The notes beneath the pieces were generated by a model. The model did no database searches and had not been told where the DNA came from. It saw only the letters and a program-made list of their open reading frames with translations. 64,000 nt of DNA, taken from NCBI GenBank assembly GCA_947625185.1, contig CANQNJ010000002.1:3267-67266 (forward strand), written 5' to 3'. Positions 45,538 to 56,485 of the stretch are shown piece after piece. This DNA comes from an uncultured Clostridia bacterium (GTDB taxonomy: Bacteria > Bacillota > Clostridia > Christensenellales > CAG-314). The position numbers were made by a program, and so were the translations under genes. Position 1 is the stretch's first letter; each line of letters starts with the position of its first letter.

Positions 45538-46395
45538 TTACAAGGCATTTTTCAAATAGTAATCGAGTTTGAGTATCCCTTTGTCCTGTCTGCCCAAGCC
45601 GAAAAATATACTTTTGCAATATACTTTTCTGTATCCGTCAAATGGTTCCACGCGTACTTTCCTGCCGAAATCGAGATCTTCGTAATACTCGTCCCCGACA
45701 ATACAGTCTGCCGTGTCGCCGAGCGGATAGCGTATATCCAACAGACAGTCGGACTTCTTTTCGCGGATCTCATCCAACGTATAAGCGTCGGCTATATCGA
45801 AACAGCCGGACGCAAGACGTATCAGTCCGCTCATATAGCCTACCGTTCCGCAAGCGATTGCGATATCCCGTGCCAAAGAACGAATGTACGTTCCGCCGCT
45901 GCAACGGATATCCACCGCATAGGCGTCTTTCGACACTTGCGACAACAGCTTTAATTCGTAAATGGTAACGGGTCGCGCCGACAACTCCACGTCCGCGCCT
46001 TGACGCGCCAACTTATAAGATCGAACGCCACCGACGGATATTGCCGAATATTGCGGCGGGATCTGACTGATCTGCCCCGTAAAACGACTCAATGCGCATA
46101 TCAGTTCTTCATTATCGGGGATCTTGTCGCTGACGCCGACAACGGTTCCGTAGGAATCCAATGTGTCGGTCGTCTTGCCGAATGTGAAAAAGGCGCGGTA
46201 GTATTTGACCTTTTTCGTAAGGTAATCGAACAATTTGGTTCCCTGCCCTATCGCAATAGGAAGCACGCCACTTGCACCGGGGTCCAAAGTTCCCAAATGA
46301 CCGATTTTTTTCTCGTGCAGGATGTGTTTGAGGCAGACGACGACGTCGCTTGCGGTAGCCCCGACGGGTTTCAAAACGTTGATAAATCCGTTCAT
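45538..46395 (-). CDS. truB: tRNA pseudouridine(55) synthase
   Basis: GFINVLKPVGATASDVV...GHLGTLDPGASGVLPI (catalytic Asp). Confidence 0.9.
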   Translation of the reverse strand: MNGFINVLKPVGATASDVVVCLKHILHEKKIGHLGTLDPGASGVLPIAIGQGTKLFDYLTKKVKYYRAFFTFGKTTDTLDSYGTVVGVSDKIPDNEELICALSRFTGQISQIPPQYSAISVGGVRSYKLARQGADVELSARPVTIYELKLLSQVSKDAYAVDIRCSGGTYIRSLARDIAIACGTVGYMSGLIRLASGCFDIADAYTLDEIREKKSDCLLDIRYPLGDTADCIVGDEYYEDLDFGRKVRVEPFDGYRKVYCKSIFFGLGRQDKGILKLDYYLKNAL

Positions 46396-47357
46396 AGCGT
46401 ATATCCCGCCACGCGGACAATCTTATCTATCACGTCTTCGAGAAAACCGCTTATCATACAGCCCGAGGCATACATATGTCCGCCTCCGCCGAATTCGCGG
46501 CATACCTCCCTGACGGAAAAATCTTTACCCCTCATACTTACTTTGTATGTATTGGGAGTATACTCTGTCAACATAACGCCGATCTTGGCGGAATCTACGT
46601 TAATGGCGTACTGCACTATTCCCGACGTTGCTCCGATATCGGCGTCAAACTCTTTCAAATCTTTTTGAGTGAGATACATCAACACCAACCGTCCGTCGTA
46701 ATAGGTGCGCAGTCTGCCGAGCGCTCGCCCGAGCAATCGCACTTCTGGCAAAGTGACGTCTTTGAAGAAAACCCTGTTGACTTTTTCCGTTTCCGCGCCG
46801 CATTCGCACAGCTCCGCCGCCATAAGAAAACAGTTTTTGTCCGTGTTGTTATGTGAAAAATTGCCCGTATCCGTACATAACCCCATATACAGGTATGTTG
46901 CCAACAAGGGGTCGATGGCAACCGCCATCTCTTTAACCAACTCATACACGATTTGGCAAGTAGACGCATACCGTGTAACCAGATTGTATTTGGAGAAGTA
47001 TTCGCCGCCGTGATGGTCTACGGTAACAGTCTCGCCGAATGCGTCGTAAACAGAGGCAAATTCACCCGTTCTGTTGATATCTCCGCAATCGACGGCGATC
47101 ATCACATCGTATTTTCCGTCGAAAACCGATTCGATCTCAGTCATTTCGGAAAACGCGTTTCTGAGTTTGTCGCTTGCCTGCGTATCGCAAAATATACGCA
47201 CATATTTGCCCAGACGCCGCAATACGAGAGACAGCGCGATAGTCGCGCCGAGCGTATCGCCGTCGGGATTGGTATGCGCAAACAAGGCAAAACGGCTTCT
47301 TTGCGAAAGAAGCTCCGCCAATTGACTAACTGTTATTGCTTTTTTGATTGATTTCAT
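46392..47357 (-). CDS. nrnA: DHH/DHHA1 family phosphoesterase (NrnA-like)
   Basis: HTNPDGDTLGA, AVDCGD, VDHHGG and GGGHMYASG motifs. Confidence 0.8.
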   Translation of the reverse strand: MKSIKKAITVSQLAELLSQRSRFALFAHTNPDGDTLGATIALSLVLRRLGKYVRIFCDTQASDKLRNAFSEMTEIESVFDGKYDVMIAVDCGDINRTGEFASVYDAFGETVTVDHHGGEYFSKYNLVTRYASTCQIVYELVKEMAVAIDPLLATYLYMGLCTDTGNFSHNNTDKNCFLMAAELCECGAETEKVNRVFFKDVTLPEVRLLGRALGRLRTYYDGRLVLMYLTQKDLKEFDADIGATSGIVQYAINVDSAKIGVMLTEYTPNTYKVSMRGKDFSVREVCREFGGGGHMYASGCMISGFLEDVIDKIVRVAGYTL

Positions 47358-47685
47358 TTAATATCTTGTCGATTTTCTGACCGTATTCCTGCGACGTATC
47401 CAATATGAACGAAAACTCCGGCACCTTGCGAATGTGCATTGCCCTGGATATTTCGCGGCGCACAATAGGTTCGTTGTCGCGTATGGCGGCAAACGTCGCC
47501 GCAGCTCTGTCTGCGTCTGTTGAAAACACGCTGACATACACCTTGGCGGTAGACAGTTCTTTGTCGCAATCGACGTCCAATACCGTAAACATTTCCGTAA
47601 TACGCGGATCCTTGACCTTCTTTGTCAACACCTCGGCTATCATGCGCTTAAATTCGGAATTGAGCTTGCTGACTCTCGTGTTCAT
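47326..47685 (-). CDS. rbfA: ribosome-binding factor A
   Basis: 119 aa. [24 protein letters not shown]...VSVF...[12 protein letters not shown]. Confidence 0.85.
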   Translation of the reverse strand: MNTRVSKLNSEFKRMIAEVLTKKVKDPRITEMFTVLDVDCDKELSTAKVYVSVFSTDADRAAATFAAIRDNEPIVRREISRAMHIRKVPEFSFILDTSQEYGQKIDKILNEINQKSNNS

Positions 47686-50225
47686 TGTTGTATCTCTTCC
47701 ATTTGATAAACTTCAAATACGTCGCCGACTTTTATATCGTTGTAATTCTCTATCGAGATACCGCACTCATAACCAGAAGCGACCTCTTTAACGTCGTCCT
47801 TGAAACGTTTAAGCGCAAGTATATTGCCGTCATAGATACTGATATCGTTTCGATAAATGCGTACCTTGCCGTTGCGTGCGACCTTGCCGTTTGTAACATA
47901 GCAGCCCGCGACGGAGCCGACGCCGGTAATCTTGAATACTTCTCTGACTTCGGCGCTTCCGAGTATATTCTCGCGGAATTTGGGCGCCAACATACCTTTC
48001 ATTGCCGCAGTCACGTCGTCCACGGCGTCGTAAATAACGCTGTACAAGCGGATATCGACGCCTTCCTTTTCGGCGAGAGCCTTTGCATTGTTGTCAGCAC
48101 GCACGTTGAAGCCGATAATGATCGCCTCGGATGCCTTGGCAAGCATAACGTCGGTTTCGGTTATCGCGCCCACGCCTCCGTGGATCGCGCTTATCTTGAC
48201 TTCGTCGTTGGATATCTTTTCGAGGCTGCCCTTCAATGCTTCCAAACTACCTTGAACGTCAGTCTTAATGATAAGATTGAGCGTTTTCAATTGTCCTTCG
48301 GAGATGCGTCCGAACAGATCGCCGAGATTGAGCGAAGGCGTCTGACGCGCGTTCTCCAACTTGATCTTGTTCTTACGTTCCTCGGCGGCTTTCTTCACGA
48401 GCTTTTCGTCAGCGACATACATATAGTCGCCGGCTTGGGGCACCTCGGAGAATCCCAACACTTCCACGGGCATAGACGGACCTGCGCTCTTGACTTTTCT
48501 TCCCTTGTCGTCGAACATTGCGCGGATCTTGCCTGTTGCGGCGCCCGCGATGAGACTGTCGCCGACGTTCAAAGTACCGTTGCTTATCAACACGGTGGCG
48601 ACGGGACCTCTGCCCTTGTCGAGTTTTGCCTCGATGACCGTACCCGTAGCGCGTTTGGCGGGGTTTGCTTTGAGATCTTTGATTTCGGTGACGAGCAACA
48701 GACTTTCGAGCAATTTATCCAACCCCATTCCCGTCTTTGCGGAGACGGGGACCATTATCGTTTCGCCGCCCCACTCTTCGGGGACCAATTCGTACTCCGT
48801 AAGTTGTTGTTTTACCCGGTCGGGATCGACGTGGGGTTTGTCCATCTTATTGATAGCAACGACGATGGATACTCCCGCGGCTTTGGCGTGGTTGATCGCC
48901 TCTATCGTCTGCGGCATCACGCCGTCGTCTGCGGCGACTACTATTATCGCCACGTCGGTGATCTTGGCTCCGCGAGCGCGCATCGCCGTAAACGCCGCGT
49001 GACCGGGGGTATCGATAAATGTAATGGTTTCGCCGTTTACCGTAACCGTGTAGGCGCCGATGTGTTGCGTGATACCGCCCGCTTCGCCGCTTGTCACGTT
49101 GGTATTGCGGATTGCGTCAAGCAAGGACGTCTTACCGTGATCGACGTGTCCCATAACCGTTACTATGGGCGGACGCTTGGTATTGTTCTCCAATCCGTCG
49201 TCCGTTTCGGCGTCGATAATGATCTCTTCCGCGGTCAGTTCTTGTTTGAGCTCCAACGTTACGCCGTGCAGCCCCGCGACATATTCCGCATAATCGAAAT
49301 CGACCGTATCGTTGATCGTTTTCATTATGCCTTCCTTAAATAACTGCTTGATTATTTCCGATGCGGATACGCCTATACGTTCGCTGAGCAACTTGATAGG
49401 CACTTCCTTATCGTTTACCACGGCATGAGTGATTTTCGGAGCGACGACCGTATTGGATTCGCTTTTCTTGGTGCGCGCTCTGCGTACGACTTTGTCCTCG
49501 TCGTAATCCGCCGTATAGTCGCGCGTAAGCAATTTTTTGAGATTGCTTTGCCGTTTTTCGTCGGGATGATCCTTTGTCTTATTTTTATTGCCGTGCGACT
49601 TCTGCGGTTCATTGCGAGGCACGTCCGCCACGGCGCTGAATTTCTTGTTTTGAGCGGAACGTTGTTGACCGTTTCTGCCAGCAGAAGATTGTTCGTCCTT
49701 ATTGGGTTTTACGCCGGAAGTCCTGTTGGGACCCGTGCGCGTATCGCGCTTGACTCCGCTCGAAGTGGTCGAAGAACTCTTTGCGGAAGAAGTGTCGAGA
49801 AATTTTCTTATCTTGACATTTCCCTTTTCATCGGTGTAACGTTTGATCTCTCTGCCGTTTTCGATGATCGTATCTACCTTTGTTTGCGGTTTTTTCGGCT
49901 GTTGCGGCGGTTCTTCCGCAACGGGGGCGGGAGTCGGTTCAACCACCTTAGGTTCGGAAACTTCTTCTACCACTGCAACGGGTTGCTCCGCCGCAACGGT
50001 TTCGTTCTCGACCTCCGCCTGCGTAACGGTTTCGTTTACCGATGTCTCCTCCAACTGACGGTACTCTATCTTGCGCTGTTGAATATCGTCGGAAAGCGCA
50101 TTGGCACGTTGTCTTACCGCTGCAAGCGTCTGTTGTAAAGCACGAGCAACATTCAAAACGTTGGTCTTTACCGTTTTGATGTTTTCAAAGTTTCTTGTTC
50201 TTTGCGTATTGGTTGTATTTGCCAT
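47682..50225 (-). CDS. infB: translation initiation factor IF-2
   Basis: 847 aa. GTPase motifs [17 protein letters not shown] and NKMD, plus the low-complexity N-terminal region typical of IF-2. Confidence 0.95.
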   Translation of the reverse strand: MANTTNTQRTRNFENIKTVKTNVLNVARALQQTLAAVRQRANALSDDIQQRKIEYRQLEETSVNETVTQAEVENETVAAEQPVAVVEEVSEPKVVEPTPAPVAEEPPQQPKKPQTKVDTIIENGREIKRYTDEKGNVKIRKFLDTSSAKSSSTTSSGVKRDTRTGPNRTSGVKPNKDEQSSAGRNGQQRSAQNKKFSAVADVPRNEPQKSHGNKNKTKDHPDEKRQSNLKKLLTRDYTADYDEDKVVRRARTKKSESNTVVAPKITHAVVNDKEVPIKLLSERIGVSASEIIKQLFKEGIMKTINDTVDFDYAEYVAGLHGVTLELKQELTAEEIIIDAETDDGLENNTKRPPIVTVMGHVDHGKTSLLDAIRNTNVTSGEAGGITQHIGAYTVTVNGETITFIDTPGHAAFTAMRARGAKITDVAIIVVAADDGVMPQTIEAINHAKAAGVSIVVAINKMDKPHVDPDRVKQQLTEYELVPEEWGGETIMVPVSAKTGMGLDKLLESLLLVTEIKDLKANPAKRATGTVIEAKLDKGRGPVATVLISNGTLNVGDSLIAGAATGKIRAMFDDKGRKVKSAGPSMPVEVLGFSEVPQAGDYMYVADEKLVKKAAEERKNKIKLENARQTPSLNLGDLFGRISEGQLKTLNLIIKTDVQGSLEALKGSLEKISNDEVKISAIHGGVGAITETDVMLAKASEAIIIGFNVRADNNAKALAEKEGVDIRLYSVIYDAVDDVTAAMKGMLAPKFRENILGSAEVREVFKITGVGSVAGCYVTNGKVARNGKVRIYRNDISIYDGNILALKRFKDDVKEVASGYECGISIENYNDIKVGDVFEVYQMEEIQQ

Positions 50226-50527
50226 TATTTATCCTCCCGAGGCACATACATCAAATTTTCCATAATTGCGTCGGCTAACGATTTGTCGCAGATAGCCACC
50301 GCTTTACAATTTTTCTTTTGCAATGTTTCGTAATCCTCTATGAGCAACAGCGGACAATGCAAACGTTCGCTTACTCCTCGCAGAGTAGAAAGAGAATTGT
50401 CGGATAACGTCGGCGTGTACAATATTGCTCGCATATGTCTTTTGCTGACCTTTATCCCGTCGCAGCCGTATACCGCGGCGCCTTTCTTTATTGCAAAACC
50501 TATATATGTCTGTATTTTATCGTTCAA
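50225..50527 (-). CDS. ylxQ: L7Ae-family RNA-binding protein (YlxQ-like)
   Basis: 100 aa, positioned between ylxR and infB as in Bacillus. Confidence 0.7.
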   Translation of the reverse strand: MNDKIQTYIGFAIKKGAAVYGCDGIKVSKRHMRAILYTPTLSDNSLSTLRGVSERLHCPLLLIEDYETLQKKNCKAVAICDKSLADAIMENLMYVPREDK

Positions 50528-50777
50528 TCAATTTCTCCAACTGTTCCGCCACGGTATCCAACGAAAAGCCGTGCTGTTTGACAAAGCCTTTGCTTTTAAG
50601 CGCTTTGTCGATACAGTCTCTGCATTTGCAAAGATACACGCCTCTGCCGTTCATCTTGCCCGTAACGTCCACCGTCACGCCGTCATCGGCATATACGATG
50701 CGCACCAACTCTTTCTTGGGCTTTACCTGACGGCAAACCACGCACATACGTTGCGGAATATTTCTTGCCGCGCTCAA
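50517..50777 (-). CDS. ylxR: YlxR/RnpM family RNA-binding protein (DUF448)
   Basis: PQRMCVVCRQVKPKKELVRIV...GRGVYLC is the YlxR signature. The longer ORF (to 50852) would overlap nusA, so a TTG start at 50777 after GGAGA is proposed (uncertain). Confidence 0.7.
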   Translation of the reverse strand: MSAARNIPQRMCVVCRQVKPKKELVRIVYADDGVTVDVTGKMNGRGVYLCKCRDCIDKALKSKGFVKQHGFSLDTVAEQLEKLIER

Positions 50778-50779
50778 TG

Positions 50780-51859
50780 TTATTCTCCGTCGTCGCCGTC
50801 GAACATTCCGCTTGCAAGCGCCGCGGAGTAAGATTTGACGTCGATCTTCCAACCCGTAAGTCTCGCCGCAAGACGGGCATTTTGTCCCTCTTTGCCTATT
50901 GCGAGAGAAAGTTTTTCGTCGGGGACAACGACCTTGGCTTCCTTGGCGTCCTCATCCGCCTGCACGATCAGAACTTTTGCGGGAGACAACGCTCTCGCAA
51001 TGTAATCGAGAATATCACTGCTCCAAGGTATGATGTCTATCTTTTCTCCTCCGATCTCGGAGACGATGGCGTTTACTCTTATTCCTTTGTTGCCTACGCA
51101 GGCTCCCACCGCGTCTATCTCGGGGTCGGTGGAATATACCGCCATCTTGGTGCGGAATCCCGCCTCGCGGACAATGCTCTTGATCTGGACAATACCTGCG
51201 CGGATCTCGGGCACTTCGTTCTCGAACAAACGCTTGATAAACATATAGCTTGCGCGCGACAGAATTACCTGTGTGCCGCCTACGCCGTCGCGTACGCGCT
51301 TGACGAGAACTTTTATTCTGTCTCCCGCGTGGAATTTTTCGCCGGGGATCTGATCCTGCGGAGTAAGCACGCCTTCCATTTGATTTTTGCCGATTTCTAC
51401 GTAAATAGTTCCGTCATCTTTGACGCGAGAAACAATTCCGATCAGCAGTTCGTTTTCCTTGTCGGAGTATTGATTGTAGGTCACGTCCTTTTCCGCTTGA
51501 TGAAGGCTGTTCTTTATAACCTGAACGGCATTCTGCGTCGCAATACGGCTGAAATCTCTGGGGTTAATCTCCGTAAGGACCTCGTCGCCGAGTTTGTAGC
51601 TTTTCTTGATAAGCTGCGCGTCATCCAGCGAAATTTCCTTCTCGGGGGTCTCCACTGTTTCCACCACCGTTTTGCTCGTATATACTTTTATGGTATTCTT
51701 TTCGGGATTGATCTTCACAACCGTATTGGAAGCTTCGCCGTAATGCTTTTTGCAGGCTATCGTCAAGGCGGTTTCGAGAGATTCGATAACTTTCTCCTTG
51801 CTTATGCCTTTTACTTCCTCCAACTCGTCGAGTGCAAGAAAAAATTCTTTGCTAATCAT
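50780..51859 (-). CDS. nusA: transcription termination/antitermination factor NusA
   Basis: 359 aa: N-terminal domain, S1 and two KH domains (...[26 protein letters not shown]...[22 protein letters not shown]). Confidence 0.95.
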   Translation of the reverse strand: MISKEFFLALDELEEVKGISKEKVIESLETALTIACKKHYGEASNTVVKINPEKNTIKVYTSKTVVETVETPEKEISLDDAQLIKKSYKLGDEVLTEINPRDFSRIATQNAVQVIKNSLHQAEKDVTYNQYSDKENELLIGIVSRVKDDGTIYVEIGKNQMEGVLTPQDQIPGEKFHAGDRIKVLVKRVRDGVGGTQVILSRASYMFIKRLFENEVPEIRAGIVQIKSIVREAGFRTKMAVYSTDPEIDAVGACVGNKGIRVNAIVSEIGGEKIDIIPWSSDILDYIARALSPAKVLIVQADEDAKEAKVVVPDEKLSLAIGKEGQNARLAARLTGWKIDVKSYSAALASGMFDGDDGE

Positions 51860-51870
51860 TGTTGTTCCTC

Positions 51871-52329
51871 CTAAAATTCTATTATCGGCTCAACTTTTGC
51901 CGTATCTTTTTTGTTGAAAGTAATTTGCAGACCGTTTTTCATTCGGATAGTGAACTTGTCGTCGTCATAGCTTTCCAATACGCCTTCGTAATTTTTTTTG
52001 CCGTCGAAGGGTTTGTACAGCTTGACGGATATCTTTTTGTCGAGGTTCCTTTTGTAATCGCGTTCCGTTTTCAGCGGGCGGTCTATACCGGGAGAGGATA
52101 CGTTGAGAATGTATGCCGTATCAATCGGGTCAAGTTCGTCCAACGGCGCGTCGATGGCTCTGTGCAACTTTTCGCAGTCGTCAATGGTTACGCCGCCCTC
52201 TTTGTCTATAACGACGGTAAGATTCATTCCGTCGTACTTCTTCTCGTACAGTACCTCGATTACTTCGAGCCCGAAACTCTCGGCTATCGGCGAAACAAGT
52301 TTGTACACCTCATCGGAAACCTTGCCCAT
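51871..52329 (-). CDS. rimP: ribosome maturation factor RimP
   Basis: 152 aa. LNVSSPGIDRPLK motif. Immediately upstream of nusA. Confidence 0.85.
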   Translation of the reverse strand: MGKVSDEVYKLVSPIAESFGLEVIEVLYEKKYDGMNLTVVIDKEGGVTIDDCEKLHRAIDAPLDELDPIDTAYILNVSSPGIDRPLKTERDYKRNLDKKISVKLYKPFDGKKNYEGVLESYDDDKFTIRMKNGLQITFNKKDTAKVEPIIEF

Positions 52330-52522
52330 AAATTCTCCTTACATTAATTTGAGAGTGGAGACAACTCCACTCTCACCAAATCTACTAATTGGCGAAATTG
52401 GTCGCTTGCAACAAAAACTGTGAATTTTGCAAGCTACACTAACAAATTTAGTCAATTTGTTAATTGAATTATACCACATCAATTTAAGTTTGACAACTAT
52501 TTATATAAAAATAAATATACTT

Positions 52523-54163
52523 TTACTTTGCATTGCCGGACAGCATGCTCATACAACGAGCAACCGTCATTGCGGTATCGCGGCAAAATACGCCGTTGGG
52601 ACAGGATACTTTGCATTTTTTTGCGACGTCGTCCAACTTGGCGAGGTTGACGGTAACTTCCAATGTGCTGTTTTCAAACAGCTGTCCCAACAAATCAGTT
52701 TGGGATACGACGGGGTTGTCAAACCTGTAATTCATCGGCGCGGCGTAGTAATCGAGCAACTGTAATATCTGAGTCAGATTGTTACCAACAAGACTGCTGC
52801 CGTATACAAATTTATACAGGTCGGAAATTATCTCGGTCAGCGTCGGATAGAAGATCAATTTTGCGGAGGTAAGACCGCACTGCTCCAAAGCCCTCTCGTC
52901 CGACAGTTCTTTCTCCGGATTTACGTATGTAAAGAAACGTTCCCTCACGTGACCGTCCAGAAGCTTTACCGCGCATATCGCATACAATCTGTCCTCTATA
53001 ACGTTGCCGAATCCCGTCGAATTGACGTGCAGGACGACGTAACTTTTTCCCGAGAGCAGAGAAGTCTGAGACAAATTATCCACAAAGTTTATTTGACGAA
53101 ATTCGGTACAGTCCTCGGGCTTGACCAACAAATACTCGGGCGCGACTTCCCTGTTAAACTCACGCTCGGACGAAATCGGGTCTATCTTGCAGGTACACAG
53201 ATCATAGACGTGCATTTCCAACTGTCCGCTCTGTCCGTAGACGACCTTGCCGTGCGCCGCCACGTCCATATTGTCGGACAGCCACAGTATGTCTTTCAAT
53301 TTTTTATCGTTTGCCAAGGAACGTTTCTCGGAAAGGGTCTTTGCCTCTGCCTCTCCGCACCCCGTTTCGCTCATTATGGTCTCGACGTCCGTTATCTGCA
53401 TTCGCACAAATAGCACGCAGGGCAGACTGCCTCCCGTACCGTCGGTCAATGTAAAGGAACAAACATACAGAAGCGGGTTGTTCTTCGCCTTGCGGCAACT
53501 CTTGGAAGAGACTTTTCCGCAGACGTTGCAACTGTCCATCGGCTTACGCAGATCGGAGATGTACATAGGCATTGCGGCGATGTTTTTGCCGAAAAGCGTT
53601 CTTTGACCGCTTATGTTGAAAAATCTCGTCGGGCGCAAAAGTTCTCTGTTGATCGCCAACCGAACGAGTTTTTCCTGTTCGCTTACGTTTGCGGTAATAT
53701 TCCCCTCATCCGATATCAAGGCGAATTCTACGGTATAACTCGTATACTCGGCGTAATGTTCGGACAACTTTTGACAGAAGTCCGTAAGTTCCATATTCTT
53801 ACGCGTTACGGCGTCAACTTTTAACGAGGCGTATATTTGCTTACCATCGATCCGCACTTCCATTCGTTGTTTGCCCACGTTGGAAAAAACGGGATAATAT
53901 TCTTTGATATAGTCGGACAGATTGCGTATAAATGAATTGACCGTAAATACGTCTTCGGCAAATTTGACGCTGCACAGATAGCCTTTCGGCATATGGCTTC
54001 GGACAAAATCGGTTATTTGCGCCTTTGCATCGTTGTCGAAGTATGGCGAAGCGGGATATGACAAAGTACAAAATACTTTGCGTTGTTGTTTATCGACGCG
54101 TATTTCTCTCATTCTGAGATCGCCGAGATTGGAGAATTGTTGATGTAGAAGATCAATCAGCAT
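52523..54163 (-). CDS. PolC-derived protein: PolC-like N-terminal region plus a degenerate DEDDh exonuclease domain; no PHP or polymerase domains
   Basis: It occupies the polC slot between rseP/ispG and rimP. YVVLHVNSTGFG...AICAVK...FTYVNPEKELS...GLT...LVGNNLTQIL...NPVVSQTDLL aligns by eye with the PolC exonuclease segment YVVFDVETTGLS...AAVK...FANPHRPLS...GIT...LVAHNASFDMGFL...NPVIDTLEL, but the catalytic acidic residues are replaced. Confidence 0.55.
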   Translation of the reverse strand: MLIDLLHQQFSNLGDLRMREIRVDKQQRKVFCTLSYPASPYFDNDAKAQITDFVRSHMPKGYLCSVKFAEDVFTVNSFIRNLSDYIKEYYPVFSNVGKQRMEVRIDGKQIYASLKVDAVTRKNMELTDFCQKLSEHYAEYTSYTVEFALISDEGNITANVSEQEKLVRLAINRELLRPTRFFNISGQRTLFGKNIAAMPMYISDLRKPMDSCNVCGKVSSKSCRKAKNNPLLYVCSFTLTDGTGGSLPCVLFVRMQITDVETIMSETGCGEAEAKTLSEKRSLANDKKLKDILWLSDNMDVAAHGKVVYGQSGQLEMHVYDLCTCKIDPISSEREFNREVAPEYLLVKPEDCTEFRQINFVDNLSQTSLLSGKSYVVLHVNSTGFGNVIEDRLYAICAVKLLDGHVRERFFTYVNPEKELSDERALEQCGLTSAKLIFYPTLTEIISDLYKFVYGSSLVGNNLTQILQLLDYYAAPMNYRFDNPVVSQTDLLGQLFENSTLEVTVNLAKLDDVAKKCKVSCPNGVFCRDTAMTVARCMSMLSGNAK

Positions 54164-55199
54164 TTGTAATTTTGTCTATTTCCCTCTTGAAAAGTTCCAC
54201 CGCGTCCGCTGCGGAAACGGTTTTGTAGCGTTGACCGTGACGGAAAAACACAACGTTGCCGTTTGCACCCGCCATACCGAGGTCGGCGTCGCCGCACTCC
54301 CCCGGTCCGTTAACCTCGCAACCCATTACGGCTATCTTGACGTCGCATTTCATATTACGCACATAGTCGTAAATTTGCGTCGCGGCGTTTTCGAGGTCGA
54401 TGGAACACCGCCCGCATTTAGGGCAGGAAACAAATGTTACGCCCTGTCTCAATTTCAAGGCGACAAGCATATCTTTGGCAGCTTGAACCTCGTCTACGGG
54501 ATCGGATGTAAGCGATACTCTGATAGTATCCCCTATTCCGTCCAACAGCAAAGCGCCGATACCGATGGAATTTTTTACAAGTCCCTGACGAAGAAGTCCC
54601 GCCTCCGTAACGCCGAGGTGGATCGGATATCCGAGCGCGGCTATGAGTCTGTTCGTATCCACGGTCTCGCGCACATCGGTACTCTTTACGGAGAGTACGA
54701 TATCGGTGAAATTTCTGCTTTCGAAATATCTTACATATTGTTCCAGACTTGCGTACATAGCCTCGGCTTTGCTGCCGTGCGCCGCAAGAGCTTGCTTGTT
54801 GACGGAACCGCCGTTTACGCCTATGCGGATAGGTACGCCGTTTGCTTTGGCGCAGTCTATCACGCTGTCAAGTTGAGTCAGCGACATATTGCCCGGATTG
54901 ATACGGATCTTGTCCGCTCCCGCCTCGACGGCTGCTATTGCCAGACGATAATCGAAATGAATATCCGCGACGAGGGGGACGTCCGTGCGTTTACGCAGTT
55001 CAGCAAAGGACGCGACTGCCGTTTTGTTCGGTACGGCGACGCGCATTATGTCGCAACCGTTTTGTACACAGCGTTGGATCTGAGCCAACGTTCCCTCCAC
55101 GTCCGTAACGGAAAGATTCGTCATCGATTGGATGGCGACGGGATTGTCGCCGCCGATGGCGACGCCTCGTATATTTATTTGCCGCGTCGGATTTCTCAT
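54153..55199 (-). CDS. ispG: 4-hydroxy-3-methylbut-2-enyl diphosphate synthase
   Basis: 348 aa. VAIGGDNPVAIQSMTN and the Fe-S Cys motif SCPKCGRC...AVMGCEVNGPGE. Confidence 0.9.
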   Translation of the reverse strand: MRNPTRQINIRGVAIGGDNPVAIQSMTNLSVTDVEGTLAQIQRCVQNGCDIMRVAVPNKTAVASFAELRKRTDVPLVADIHFDYRLAIAAVEAGADKIRINPGNMSLTQLDSVIDCAKANGVPIRIGVNGGSVNKQALAAHGSKAEAMYASLEQYVRYFESRNFTDIVLSVKSTDVRETVDTNRLIAALGYPIHLGVTEAGLLRQGLVKNSIGIGALLLDGIGDTIRVSLTSDPVDEVQAAKDMLVALKLRQGVTFVSCPKCGRCSIDLENAATQIYDYVRNMKCDVKIAVMGCEVNGPGECGDADLGMAGANGNVVFFRHGQRYKTVSAADAVELFKREIDKITNAD

Positions 55200-56485
55200 A
55201 GTTTAAGTATATCTATAAGCAACATCAAGCCGATGAGAACTATCAGTCCTATGCCGTTGATGTAGCTTTGCACCTTTCTGTTGATGGGACGACCCGCTAT
55301 CCACTCGATTATTACAAAAACCATCTGACATCCGTCAAGAGCGGGTACAGGCAGAAGATTGAATACTGCGAGATTGACGGATATGAGTACTATCAGCATC
55401 AATACGTTTCCGAAACCCGTGGCAACGATTTCGCTCGTCATACTTATCGTCGTTATGGGACCGCCGACGCTCTCGATACCGACTGCGCCCGTAAGCAAAC
55501 CTCCCAATGTACGCAACACAAGCATACCGACTTCACAGCAATAAGGAACTACTCTTATCAACACTTCGCCGAAGCCGAATTTGTATTTATCGTAATGGAC
55601 GGACATTCCAATGCCCGTATACGGCGACTCCGTTACGACGATATCGCCGCCGAAACTGCTCTTGGCGACCGTATAATCATAGTATTTGCTGCCGTCGGTA
55701 ACGGTCAAGGTAACGCTGTCTTCCGCCTGGCGAAGATATCTTTCAAATTCCCCTTCCTCGGATAAGGTATGACCGTTTATTTTATACACGGTGTCGTTTT
55801 TCTGCAACAGCCTGTTGTCCGAGGTATAGGTTCCGTTTACCTTGGTAAGAATTACCGAATAAAACTTCTTCTGAACGATATCGGACAGTTCCACCTGCTC
55901 GTACACCGTCTGCCCGTTATCCTCGCGCGGACGCAGAACGACCACGTTCATCTCGTCGTCGGAAAGATATCTGCTCAAACTGTCGAGCATATAAACGCGC
56001 CTGCCGTTGACTTTGTAAATTATATCGCCGCTTTGGAGCTGTCTGTTTGCCTCGGGGGCATACTCGTATACGTCGTTCACCACGACCACCGTTTCCCCGT
56101 ATGCCGCGAATACGATGATCCCGATAAGTATCGCCGAGAGGAAATTGAACAACGCTCCCGAAAACAGCACAATAAGCCTTTTCCAGGGTTTCTGCGAATT
56201 GAACGCTTTCGGGTTTTTGTTATCTTCTCCTTCTCCCTCAAAGGCGCAATAACCGCCCAACGGGAGCAGTCTCAAAGAAAAAACTTCGCCGTTTTTTCTC
56301 TTTTTTGAGAATATTTTCGGACCCATCCCCACGGAAAATTCATTTATTTGAAAACCGAGTATCTTGCCGGCGGTATAGTGACCGGTTTCGTGTATCAACA
56401 CCATTACCATTAACACTACAAACGCCAACAGGACATACCCTATGGTTCTCATAACAGATGTAAAATCGCACAAAAGATTAAGCAT
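55196..56485 (-). CDS. rseP: RIP metalloprotease RseP/RasP (M50 with PDZ)
   Basis: HETGHY (HExxH) in TM1, a central PDZ-like region, and the C-terminal NLLPVPALDG motif. Confidence 0.85.
   Translation of the reverse strand: MLNLLCDFTSVMRTIGYVLLAFVVLMVMVLIHETGHYTAGKILGFQINEFSVGMGPKIFSKKRKNGEVFSLRLLPLGGYCAFEGEGEDNKNPKAFNSQKPWKRLIVLFSGALFNFLSAILIGIIVFAAYGETVVVVNDVYEYAPEANRQLQSGDIIYKVNGRRVYMLDSLSRYLSDDEMNVVVLRPREDNGQTVYEQVELSDIVQKKFYSVILTKVNGTYTSDNRLLQKNDTVYKINGHTLSEEGEFERYLRQAEDSVTLTVTDGSKYYDYTVAKSSFGGDIVVTESPYTGIGMSVHYDKYKFGFGEVLIRVVPYCCEVGMLVLRTLGGLLTGAVGIESVGGPITTISMTSEIVATGFGNVLMLIVLISVNLAVFNLLPVPALDGCQMVFVIIEWIAGRPINRKVQSYINGIGLIVLIGLMLLIDILKL

Noticed and set aside
52351-52374. A perfect 10-bp hairpin GAGAGTGGAGacaaCTCCACTCTC upstream of rimP, considered as a terminator.
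   Set aside because: There is no T-run on either strand. It may be a processing or regulatory structure, but there is no basis to call it.
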